From: Bacteroidales bacterium
GTDB taxonomy: Bacteria > Bacteroidota > Bacteroidia > Bacteroidales > VadinHA17
Length of the DNA: 64,000 nt
Assembly (NCBI GenBank): GCA_035527935.1
Contig: DATKZO010000013.1
Coordinates: 6,705-70,704, forward strand
Reading direction: 5' to 3'
How positions within the stretch are numbered: the first letter of the stretch is position 1; each line of letters begins with the position of its first letter. The notes beneath the pieces are model-generated. The model saw only the letters and a list, made by a program, of their open reading frames with translations. It was not told the DNA's origin and made no database searches. The position numbers and the translations under genes were made by a program. Below, one piece after another: positions 38,185-46,644 of this stretch.

Positions 38185-38220
38185 GATCCCTGTTTTCAAA
38201 CAAGTTTGTAAAACAGCACT

Positions 38221-39966
38221 ATGTTCCGTATCAGAAGAATACTGAGCGACCGGTCTGAGGCAGACCGGAATGCAATCGGGCAAGCCAGGGAGATACTTAA
38301 GAGCCAGTTCCCTGACCTGGATAAGGCAAAACTGGATCTCATGCCCGACCAGCTGCGTGACTCACTTAAATTCAGGTTTCAGACATCACTTTTCGTTGCT
38401 GAAAGCAGGTCGGGTATTATACAGGGTTTTGCTTTGCTGATGTATGCACCTGATATGAATTTTACCTATCTGGATTTTGTTGCATCAAGGAGAGCCAGTG
38501 TCTCTGGTGGGATTGGAGGTGCATTATATCAGAGAATCAGGGAAGAGTCGCTTCATCTGGGCGTGAAAGGACTTTTTTTCGAATGCCTTCCCGATGACCC
38601 TGCTATTTGCAGGAACAGTGAACTACTGGAGCAGAACAGGGCCAGACTGAAATTCTATGAGAGGCTTGGAGCATTTCCTCTTTTCAACACCTTGTATGAG
38701 ACCTCTGTTTATGATGATGACGACTGCCCGCCATACCTGGTTTGCGATTTTCTCGGAAGCAAGGAAACAATCGATAAAGAATCAATGCAGTCAGTTATCA
38801 GAGCTATTCTTGAGAGAAAATATGGTGACTATTGCCCGGCAGAGTATGTTGATAGAATTGTCGGTTCGGTCACTGATGACCCGGTCGTTCTGAGAAAACC
38901 CGTTTATATTAAAGCTGCCAGCCTGAAGAACAACAGCAGAGAAAATGATGACATCAGGAACAAGATCTTCCTGGTGGTAAACGATCAGCATTCAATCCAC
39001 CATGTACAGGATCGGGGTTATGTAGAGTCGCCGGTAAGGATTGATTCCATACTTAAAGAACTGGACCCTACAGGAATGTATGTAAAATTTTCTCCCAGGA
39101 AGTATCCTGACCTGCACCTTTATGATATTCACGACAGGGGGTACTTAAGGTATTTTAAACGTGTATGCGAATCAATGGAGGAGGGTAAATCGATCTACCC
39201 CTATGTTTTTCCCATAAGGAATGCTTCGCGACCGCCAGAAGATGATTCAGTCCTGGCAGGGTACTATTGTATAGATACATTCACGCCCTTAAATCTAAAT
39301 GCCTACAAGGCGGCGAGGCGTGCCGTCGATTGCGCTCTGACATGTGCCGACAGTCTGCTCGACGGATATATGATCGCTTACTCTCTTGTAAGGCCACCCG
39401 GGCATCATGCTGAGACCAGGGTATTCGGAGGATTTTGTTATTTCAATTCAAACGCGATAGCAGCAAATTATCTTACCCGCTACGGCAGGGTTGCCATTCT
39501 TGATATTGACTATCACCATGGTAACGGTCAGCAGGAAATATTTTACGAACGTGCTGATGTCCTGACTGTTTCTATCCATGGACATCCTTCTTTTGCCTAT
39601 CCCTACTTCAGTGGTTACAGGGATGAGAAGGGATCAGGGCTTGGACATGGATTTAATATCAATATGCCGCTCAAGGAGAAGATAAGTAGTGAGGAATACA
39701 GAAATGTGCTGGCACAAGCCCTGAAAGCAATCGAAAGGTTCTCGCCTGACTACCTTGTTGTTGCACTGGGACTTGATACTGCAAAAAATGATCCCACCGG
39801 GACATGGAGCTTTGTGGCCAATGACTTCAGGGAGAATGGTAAAATGATCGGACATCTTGGTTACCCCACCCTGGTGGTACAGGAAGGTGGTTACAGACAC
39901 AGGGTCCTGGGCATAAATGCAAAAAATTTCTTTAGTGGGTTACATTCTGGATTATATAATAAATGA
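38221..39966 (+). CDS. Fusion protein with an N-terminal GNAT-like domain and a C-terminal histone-deacetylase/acetylpolyamine amidohydrolase-family domain
   Basis: The N-terminal domain has 'VASRRASVSGGIGGALYQRI', a GNAT motif-A-like segment. The C-terminal domain has 'VRPPGHHA', 'ILDIDYHHGNGQQEIF', 'ALGLDTAKNDP' and 'VQEGGY'. Confidence 0.8.
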   Translation: MFRIRRILSDRSEADRNAIGQAREILKSQFPDLDKAKLDLMPDQLRDSLKFRFQTSLFVAESRSGIIQGFALLMYAPDMNFTYLDFVASRRASVSGGIGGALYQRIREESLHLGVKGLFFECLPDDPAICRNSELLEQNRARLKFYERLGAFPLFNTLYETSVYDDDDCPPYLVCDFLGSKETIDKESMQSVIRAILERKYGDYCPAEYVDRIVGSVTDDPVVLRKPVYIKAASLKNNSRENDDIRNKIFLVVNDQHSIHHVQDRGYVESPVRIDSILKELDPTGMYVKFSPRKYPDLHLYDIHDRGYLRYFKRVCESMEEGKSIYPYVFPIRNASRPPEDDSVLAGYYCIDTFTPLNLNAYKAARRAVDCALTCADSLLDGYMIAYSLVRPPGHHAETRVFGGFCYFNSNAIAANYLTRYGRVAILDIDYHHGNGQQEIFYERADVLTVSIHGHPSFAYPYFSGYRDEKGSGLGHGFNINMPLKEKISSEEYRNVLAQALKAIERFSPDYLVVALGLDTAKNDPTGTWSFVANDFRENGKMIGHLGYPTLVVQEGGYRHRVLGINAKNFFSGLHSGLYNK

Positions 39967-40940
39967 TAAGAGTAGGATTAACATACGATTTGAGGTCGGA
40001 ATACCTCAGGATGGGGTTCAGCGAGGAAGAAACGGCTGAGTTTGACAGGGATGATACGATAGAGGCCATTGAGAAGACCCTTCAGCATTTAGGATATGCC
40101 ACTGACCGTATAGGTAACGTAAAACAACTGGCAGAAGCACTTGTCAAAGGGAAAAGGTGGGATATTGTATTCAATATTTGCGAAGGCATGTACGGTATAG
40201 GCCGTGAAGCGCAGGTGCCTGCATTGCTCGATGCATGGAATATCCCCTATGTCTTCTCAAACCCATTAGTCCTTTCATTGACTCTTCATAAAGCTATGAC
40301 AAAGAGTGTAATACGGGACTCAGGCCTTGCAACAGCCGATTTTTGTGTAATATCAAAGCCAGAGGATATTGAAAAGGTTAGCATTCCCTTTCCCCTGTTT
40401 GCCAAACCTGTTTCTGAAGGAACCGGTAAAGGTATCGATGCCCGGTCGGTTATAACAGGAGCCAGGCAATTGAGAAATATCTGCCTCGACCTGCTCAGCA
40501 GGTTTAACCAGCCAGTCCTGGTGGAGAAGTACCTCAGCGGAAGAGAATTTACTGTAGGCCTGGTTGGTACCGGAGAGAGTGCCAGGGCTACCGGGACAAT
40601 GGAGATAGTCCTCAATGAAAGAGCAGAGAAAAATGTCTACTCATATGTCAACAAGGAGGAATGTGAGGAACTCGTTAAGTACAGAAGGGCCGGGCAGGAA
40701 ATTGTCGGACAGTGCGAACAGCTTGCACTTTCGGTTTGGCAAACCCTGGGATGTGAAGATGCTGGAAGGATCGATATCAGGTGTGATGATAACGGGCTGC
40801 CAAACTTTATGGAGGTAAATCCGCTTGCCGGACTCCATCCTGAACATTCCGACCTGCCAATACTTTCGACACTAAATGGAATATCCTACATAGAGCTTGT
40901 TTCAATGATAATGGAATCAGCAATAAAAAAGATAGTTTAA
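39963..40940 (+). CDS. D-Ala-D-Ala-ligase-like ATP-grasp ligase (paralog 1)
   Basis: 'LFAKPVSEGTGKGI', 'VEKYLSGREFTVGLVG' and 'FMEVNPLAGL' are present. The start makes an ATGA overlap with the upstream stop. Confidence 0.8.
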   Translation: MIRVGLTYDLRSEYLRMGFSEEETAEFDRDDTIEAIEKTLQHLGYATDRIGNVKQLAEALVKGKRWDIVFNICEGMYGIGREAQVPALLDAWNIPYVFSNPLVLSLTLHKAMTKSVIRDSGLATADFCVISKPEDIEKVSIPFPLFAKPVSEGTGKGIDARSVITGARQLRNICLDLLSRFNQPVLVEKYLSGREFTVGLVGTGESARATGTMEIVLNERAEKNVYSYVNKEECEELVKYRRAGQEIVGQCEQLALSVWQTLGCEDAGRIDIRCDDNGLPNFMEVNPLAGLHPEHSDLPILSTLNGISYIELVSMIMESAIKKIV

Positions 40941-40952
40941 AAAAGTCTCGGG

Positions 40953-41921
40953 ATGAAGCGGGTTTTGGTTTTGATAAATGAGCTGTCTGATACACCCTCT
41001 CCTGATGAGCAGGATGTGCTTGACCAGGCGAATATTGTTGAGGAGACCCTTGTAAATTTGGGGTATGATACAGTGAGGAGTTATATGGGACTCGATCTTG
41101 CAAAGACCAGGAGAAATATTGTCGACTCAGGAGCTGATATTGTTTTCAACCTTGTTGAAAGTATAGACAACAAGGCAGAGCTGATACACCTGCCCCCTGC
41201 CCTCCTGCAAAGCATGAGAGTACCATTTACCGGATCCGGGGCTGAGGCAATGTTCCTGACATCAAATAAACAGGTTGCAAAAAGTATCATGTTATCCAAT
41301 GGAATAGCCACTCCAAAATGGTACAGAGCGAGCGATTCATGGCAGGCAAGCAACAACAGGAAATATATTGTCAAACCGGTTTTCGAGGATGCCTCCGTCG
41401 GGATTGATGACAACAGTGTTTTCAACGGAAAAGAACCGGAAAAGCTGGTGGAGTATGGATTAAGGTTCGGCAAAAATTTCTTTGTAGAGGAGTTTATAGA
41501 GGGGCGCGAATTCAACCTTTCAATAATCGCCGGAGATGATGGTCCGTCAGTGCTTCCTCCTGCAGAGATCATATTTACCAATTATCCGAAAGGTAAACCT
41601 AATATAGTTGGATACCAGGCAAAATGGGAGGTATCTTCATTTGAATACCTGAATACGCCCCGTACTTTTGATTTTAATGAGGAAGAGGCAGGTCTCCTGG
41701 ATAAATTGAGGGATATTACTGTAAAATGCTGGAACCTGTTTGATCTAAAGGGATACGCCCGTGTTGATTTCAGGGTCGATGGGGATGGTAAGCCGTATGT
41801 TCTTGAGGTAAATGCAAACCCATGCATTTCGTCCGACTCAGGGTTCTATGCTGCAACCCAAAAGGCAGAGATCCCATTTAGCGAGGTAATTGAAAAAATC
41901 CTGAATGATTGCGACAGATGA
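40953..41921 (+). CDS. D-Ala-D-Ala-ligase-like ATP-grasp ligase (paralog 2)
   Basis: 'YIVKPVFEDASVGI', 'VEEFIEGREFNLSII' and 'VLEVNANPCIS' are present. It starts 12 nt after paralog 1. Confidence 0.8.
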   Translation: MKRVLVLINELSDTPSPDEQDVLDQANIVEETLVNLGYDTVRSYMGLDLAKTRRNIVDSGADIVFNLVESIDNKAELIHLPPALLQSMRVPFTGSGAEAMFLTSNKQVAKSIMLSNGIATPKWYRASDSWQASNNRKYIVKPVFEDASVGIDDNSVFNGKEPEKLVEYGLRFGKNFFVEEFIEGREFNLSIIAGDDGPSVLPPAEIIFTNYPKGKPNIVGYQAKWEVSSFEYLNTPRTFDFNEEEAGLLDKLRDITVKCWNLFDLKGYARVDFRVDGDGKPYVLEVNANPCISSDSGFYAATQKAEIPFSEVIEKILNDCDR

Positions 41922-42406
41922 ATAATGAAGATATAAAGATACGCACTGAAGTGAGACCCGGGGACCGGTCGGCAGTTGAAAAAATTGTAACATCAACCGG
42001 TTTTTTCAGGAGTGATGAGATCAAAGTGGCAGTTGAACTTATAGAGGAAAAGTTGACACAGGGAGATGGTAGTGGTTATGAATTTGTGTTTGCAGAGATT
42101 GGCGACCAGGTTGCTGCATATGTCTGTTTCGGACTTATACCCTGCTCCCTGATCAGTTATGACCTGTACTGGATTGCGACTGACAAGGATTACCAGAAAA
42201 AGGGGCTGGGAAAGCTACTCCTGGAAAAAACAGAAGATATTGTAAGGGCCGGCGGAGGAAAGGCAATCTATATTGAGACATCATCCAGGCCTTTATATGA
42301 ACCAACCCGCGTATTCTACCTCAGAAACGGTTACCAGCTGAAAGCCCGGCTTGAGGATTTTTATGACATCAGTGATGATAAACTGATCTTTTTCAAGAGA
42401 CTATAA
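41918..42406 (+). CDS. Small GNAT-family N-acetyltransferase
   Basis: 'DKDYQKKGLGKLLLEK' is motif A. The ATG at 41918 makes an ATGA overlap with the upstream stop. The track ORF starts at a TTG 9 nt earlier. Confidence 0.8.
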   Translation: MNNEDIKIRTEVRPGDRSAVEKIVTSTGFFRSDEIKVAVELIEEKLTQGDGSGYEFVFAEIGDQVAAYVCFGLIPCSLISYDLYWIATDKDYQKKGLGKLLLEKTEDIVRAGGGKAIYIETSSRPLYEPTRVFYLRNGYQLKARLEDFYDISDDKLIFFKRL

Positions 42407-42527
42407 TATCATTTTCTGCCTAAAAAGTAATTACCGATTAAGCTGAGGCGTAAAAAATGGTTTAGCCCTGTCAGGAATCAGGCTTGCTTTAACGATAAGA
42501 ATTAATTCCACACGGATCTGGTTTATT

Positions 42528-44774
42528 TCAGAACCGGGCACTGAATTGCAGGCTGAAGTACCTATGAGGCATAATATCACCGGGCCGTCCCATATATTCT
42601 GTATTGGTCATGTTCTTTACTGCAAACGAAACAAGGTAAGAATCATTTATCCTGTAACCCAGGTTGCAGTCCATTAAAAAGTGTCCTGTGTTGTTCTCAC
42701 TCCAGTAATTGAGGAAGCCCGGCAGGATAGTCTCGCTGTAGGGGCCTGTAAATACATCATCAATGACGAGCACCCTGGATTTCAGGTAGAAATTGATACC
42801 CAGTTCAATTTTCCTGTAGATTGTACGCAATGTCAACTCTGTTGAATGCTTCCTTCTGTACTTAAGAAAGGCTCCTGTATTCTTATAGGTGACTCCATTA
42901 AACTCAACAGGATACATATAGGTATACCCTCCCCTTACAGTGGTATTGAACTGACCTATACTCCTGTTAAGCATCAGTTCCAGCTCAATTCCGTAAACCC
43001 TTGAATTCTCAATATTGGTAGGCCGGAAGCCAATACCATTAATCTGAGTAACCGGATCGATCCACATACCGAATACATACTCGATCAGATCACGGTTTTG
43101 AGAGTAAAAAAGGGAAATGTCGGCCTGTCCGCTCAAAGCCTTACCTGAAATAACCTGTTTAAGGCCAACTTCTGAACTCCAGCCCGATTCTGACCTGATC
43201 TCATTATTGGGAAATATCTTTACAGTGCCAACAGTAGTATAGGCATACTTTTCAGCAATTGCGGGGTACCTGTACCCCTGTCCAAAGGAGGCTCTGACAA
43301 AAGTGTTATCTGTTGCCTCCCAGTTTATCCCGGCGCGGAAAATGGGCACCAGTTTGTCTGCTGTCCCGTCAAGGAAGTTTTCCTCGAGCCGCATACCTGC
43401 AACAATCTTCAGTCGGCTCAACGGTCTCAGCTCACCCTGCATGTAGCCTGCAAAATTCAAACCATTATGATCACCATAGAAATTTGAATTTATTATGCTG
43501 TATTGCTGTGATAAACCTGCTACGAGCCTGAGAATATCTGATCCAAAGTATGAAAACTGGTATTCTGAGAATATTGAATGAGAGTCACTGTTATTATTGC
43601 TGTTTTCAGGTAACCTGTTCAGGTTTGAAAGTACCCTCAGTTTCAGGTCATGCTTAAATCTATCCTTTTTATCTATGGTTATGAACGGATCAACTGCAAC
43701 AGAGATCCCTTTGAAATCCATAGCGGTAAGTTCATTCTGTTTGAGTGCACCGGAATCAGCATCCTCCCAGAGCAGGAAATCGGTCTTATGTGTTATTGTG
43801 GCATTAAGTGACACACCATATTTCATCGATTCAAATTTTTTGCTTCTTTGCCTTATACTCAGGTTTACACGCCCTGAGCGCTCGTCGTCAAGACGCCGGT
43901 AGCCATTATCATTCATCAATCTGCCTCCCATACCTATATCCGTGTTGGCATATTTTCCTGAATGTGAGAAAGAGAGACTTTCTACCATCCTTGGCGAATC
44001 CCACCATACCCAGTCACTGTTTGCAGGCTTATCATAAATTCCGGACATAACCGATAATTGTGTGACAGGTTCAGGTCCCGGTTCTGCTGTAATGAAATTT
44101 ATCACACCGTTAAGAGCTGATGAACCATACAATACCGAAGAGGCGCCTTTGATAACCTCAATCTGTGATATATTTTCCAGTGGTAATGTTCCCCATTTGA
44201 TATTTCCTGCATCAGCCGAGAGTATGGGAAGGCCATCTGTCAGAGCCAGTACCCTGCTGCCTGCCCCATAACTGTAACCGCTTCCTCCCCTGATAGATGC
44301 CTGTCCGTCCATGATCTCAATACCCGGTGTTTTGTTCAGCATCTCCTCGGCATTAATAATATGGTTATAGGATAGCATATAGGGCTTAATGATATTCATC
44401 GAAACAGTCAGCTCCGACATTCTCTGCTCCGCTTTACCGGCGCTCACCACTATTTCATTTATCTCACTTATAAGTGGCACCAGACCAATATTGAGCAGGA
44501 CTGTATCGGTGTTGCCAACATCAATTGTTCTTGAGGAAGTACTATACCCGACAAATCTGAATGAAACCTCTACCCTGCCAGGGCCGGCAGTAAATATGAA
44601 ATTCCCTTCATTGTCAGTTACAGTGCCCATCTCCCTTCCGTAGATCACATGCACTCCCGGCAGGGATTCCATTGTCGTTGCATCATATACCCTTCCTTTT
44701 ACAACACCACCATTTGCAGTTGTAAGAGGCCCAATGCATGTAGTTGCTACCAGAAGGAAGAGTAAATACCTCAT
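42528..44774 (-). CDS. TonB-dependent receptor with an N-terminal carboxypeptidase-regulatory-like domain
   Basis: 'VVKGRVYDATTMESLPGVHV' is followed by a plug region ('IEVIKGASSVLYGSSALNGVINFIT') and a C-terminal barrel ending 'SLQFSARF'. The start is set at MRYLLFLL. Confidence 0.85.
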   Translation of the reverse strand: MRYLLFLLVATTCIGPLTTANGGVVKGRVYDATTMESLPGVHVIYGREMGTVTDNEGNFIFTAGPGRVEVSFRFVGYSTSSRTIDVGNTDTVLLNIGLVPLISEINEIVVSAGKAEQRMSELTVSMNIIKPYMLSYNHIINAEEMLNKTPGIEIMDGQASIRGGSGYSYGAGSRVLALTDGLPILSADAGNIKWGTLPLENISQIEVIKGASSVLYGSSALNGVINFITAEPGPEPVTQLSVMSGIYDKPANSDWVWWDSPRMVESLSFSHSGKYANTDIGMGGRLMNDNGYRRLDDERSGRVNLSIRQRSKKFESMKYGVSLNATITHKTDFLLWEDADSGALKQNELTAMDFKGISVAVDPFITIDKKDRFKHDLKLRVLSNLNRLPENSNNNSDSHSIFSEYQFSYFGSDILRLVAGLSQQYSIINSNFYGDHNGLNFAGYMQGELRPLSRLKIVAGMRLEENFLDGTADKLVPIFRAGINWEATDNTFVRASFGQGYRYPAIAEKYAYTTVGTVKIFPNNEIRSESGWSSEVGLKQVISGKALSGQADISLFYSQNRDLIEYVFGMWIDPVTQINGIGFRPTNIENSRVYGIELELMLNRSIGQFNTTVRGGYTYMYPVEFNGVTYKNTGAFLKYRRKHSTELTLRTIYRKIELGINFYLKSRVLVIDDVFTGPYSETILPGFLNYWSENNTGHFLMDCNLGYRINDSYLVSFAVKNMTNTEYMGRPGDIMPHRYFSLQFSARF

Positions 44775-44781
44775 ATATCCA

Positions 44782-45195
44782 TTACTTGGATTTGAATGTG
44801 ATCCTGATCGCAAAGTTTACTCCCTGAACAGGTGATGGATAACTCGTAGTTATTTTAAATGAGGTCTGTGCCAGCTCAATTATCCGCGATGTCAGCGGAA
44901 ATGCCAGGGAATCGGACGTGATAGTGATATCAATCTCATTATTGGAAAAATACCAGGTTCCCTCATACTGGCCGAAATATCCTGTTCCATCTTCCTTGAA
45001 TTCTGCGTCACCAGCAAACTTCTCGAGTAACCCTCCGGGTCCGCTGGCGTCATTACCATCCACCAGCAGGCTGTCAGATACCCATACATGTCCGGTTAAC
45101 AGATTAAATCGTTCAGAGTGCTCATCTGTTTTTTTACATGCAATGCATATTACAGCTGCGGCAAATGCTATAAGTAACAGTTTATGGCTTTTCAT
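44782..45195 (-). CDS. Small lipoprotein (lipocalin-like), probably the partner of the TonB receptor
   Basis: The lipobox is 'ICIACK'. The protein is 137 aa. Its stop is 7 nt from the receptor start. Confidence 0.5.
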   Translation of the reverse strand: MKSHKLLLIAFAAAVICIACKKTDEHSERFNLLTGHVWVSDSLLVDGNDASGPGGLLEKFAGDAEFKEDGTGYFGQYEGTWYFSNNEIDITITSDSLAFPLTSRIIELAQTSFKITTSYPSPVQGVNFAIRITFKSK

Positions 45196-45329
45196 GGTAA
45201 AAGATATTTGTGTTGATAAAAAGAGATCGCAGGTATGAAAATAATTAAATAAACGATAGAAAACTTATTATGGTTGTAATAAACACTTCCACAACAACTA
45301 TTCTCTCACCACCTTAATTTATGAAAAGT

Positions 45330-45424
45330 ATTGAAGCTCCTCACTGCAAGCAGCGGGGAACCGAGTTTACGAGCTCAGCGACTTCTAATTACCGGCACCC
45401 GATCAAACCATCTCCGGACTCGTT
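45330..45424 (+). repeat. GC-rich structured intergenic repeat, copy 2
   Basis: See copy 1. The hairpin 5' arm is degraded here (cctcac instead of ccccgc). Confidence 0.8.
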
Positions 45425-45588
45425 GTCAGGGTTATGAGCACGTCATAAGAATTATTTCAGCAATAATGAGTTTATTTGCACTGATTATCGTATATTTTGA
45501 AAGATCCGGCAATGAACCTGGAATTACCCTGGATACCCTTGTTATTTCAGGCACCAGGAAAAAATTAAACTAGAAAATAGACCACCAG

Positions 45589-46593
45589 ATGAAAAAGCTT
45601 TTATTGAATTTTATTCTTTTATCCATAATTCACCTATCTGCTATGTCTCAATATTTCATTACAACTGAAAGGAAAATCAAGGCATCTATTGTGAGGAACA
45701 ATTCAGAAGGGCCTGAATATATGTACAATGGGGGTCTTCTTGACCTCCTGGAACGGGAAGATTGTGTTGTTGGGCCTTCAGATATCGCGGCATTGACTGA
45801 TGAAGAGGACCATCTCTACGGAGATTGGCGAAGGGCTGCTCTCGAAAGCAGGCACATTGGCAGCATTGTATCTCAGAGCCAGCATAACGAATTCTTTACT
45901 ATAGGTTTGCTCCGGAACTGTTCCGATCTACTGGGAATGCTGGCCGGTCTCCAGAATATGAAGTCTTCTTTAACCACAGGAATTGGTGACTCCAGGGACC
46001 TGCAGGGATCAGGCCTTGCCGGGGAAAAGCCTCTCAGGGTTGGTCTGGTGTGGATTGATGCCCATGCTGATTTCAATACGCCTGAAACCACTTTGAGCGG
46101 GATGCTGGGAGGTATGCCTGTTGCCATGGCCTCCGGTATCTGTTTAACGCGTCTCAGGCTTACTGCAGGCCTTGATCCTGCCCTCCCTACAAAATATATC
46201 ACCATGACATGCCTGAGGGATGTCGATCCCCTTGAGCAGGATCTGCTCGACAGGTCACAATGTGAATACATTTCAGTAGGAGATGTCAGGAATCTGTCTG
46301 AAAATATTAATGATCAGATAGAGAGATTGTGCAACCTGACTGATATCGTATATGTTCATATTGACATGGATGTTCTTGATCCGGCAGAGGTGTCAGGTCA
46401 TCCTCTTACGGCACCGGAAGGACCCTCTAGCAGGGAACTGGCCGCAGCTCTTGAGATTATGTTCACCCATGAAAAGGTTAACGCAATAGGTATTGCCTCA
46501 ATACCATACGGCCAACGGGATCCAAATGGGGAATCACTTGCTGCAGCTTACAGATTAATAGAAGGCGCAATCAAGGGACTGAAGTCGCGGTAG
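45589..46593 (+). CDS. Arginase/ureohydrolase-fold protein with an N-terminal signal peptide
   Basis: 'VWIDAHADFNTPE' and 'VHIDMDVLDP' are metal-binding motifs. The N-terminus is MKKLLLNFILLSIIHLSAMSQ. Confidence 0.7.
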   Translation: MKKLLLNFILLSIIHLSAMSQYFITTERKIKASIVRNNSEGPEYMYNGGLLDLLEREDCVVGPSDIAALTDEEDHLYGDWRRAALESRHIGSIVSQSQHNEFFTIGLLRNCSDLLGMLAGLQNMKSSLTTGIGDSRDLQGSGLAGEKPLRVGLVWIDAHADFNTPETTLSGMLGGMPVAMASGICLTRLRLTAGLDPALPTKYITMTCLRDVDPLEQDLLDRSQCEYISVGDVRNLSENINDQIERLCNLTDIVYVHIDMDVLDPAEVSGHPLTAPEGPSSRELAAALEIMFTHEKVNAIGIASIPYGQRDPNGESLAAAYRLIEGAIKGLKSR

Positions 46594-46644
46594 TCAAATC
46601 AGACTTCCGCCCTTTCTGTAAAAATGAGGTGAAACCGGTAATAC

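Noticed and set aside
40286-41827. Several 80-166-aa minus-strand ORFs (40286-40615, 40641-40847, 40807-41103, 41081-41581, 41582-41827)
   Set aside because: All lie antisense to the two ATP-grasp genes, which carry complete catalytic motifs. Their Ser/Pro/Arg-rich composition is typical of antisense frames.
42407-42527. Possible bidirectional terminator between the GNAT gene and the TonB receptor gene (agccctg-tcaggaat-caggct)
   Set aside because: The stem is short and imperfect and no flanking T or A runs are present. The evidence is too weak to annotate.
45331-45573. 80-aa ORF (MKLLTASSGEPSLRAQRL...)
   Set aside because: It starts at a non-ATG codon inside the GC-rich repeat and reads through it. 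The equivalent repeat copy at 36.5 kb is in a different frame context. It is most likely non-coding.
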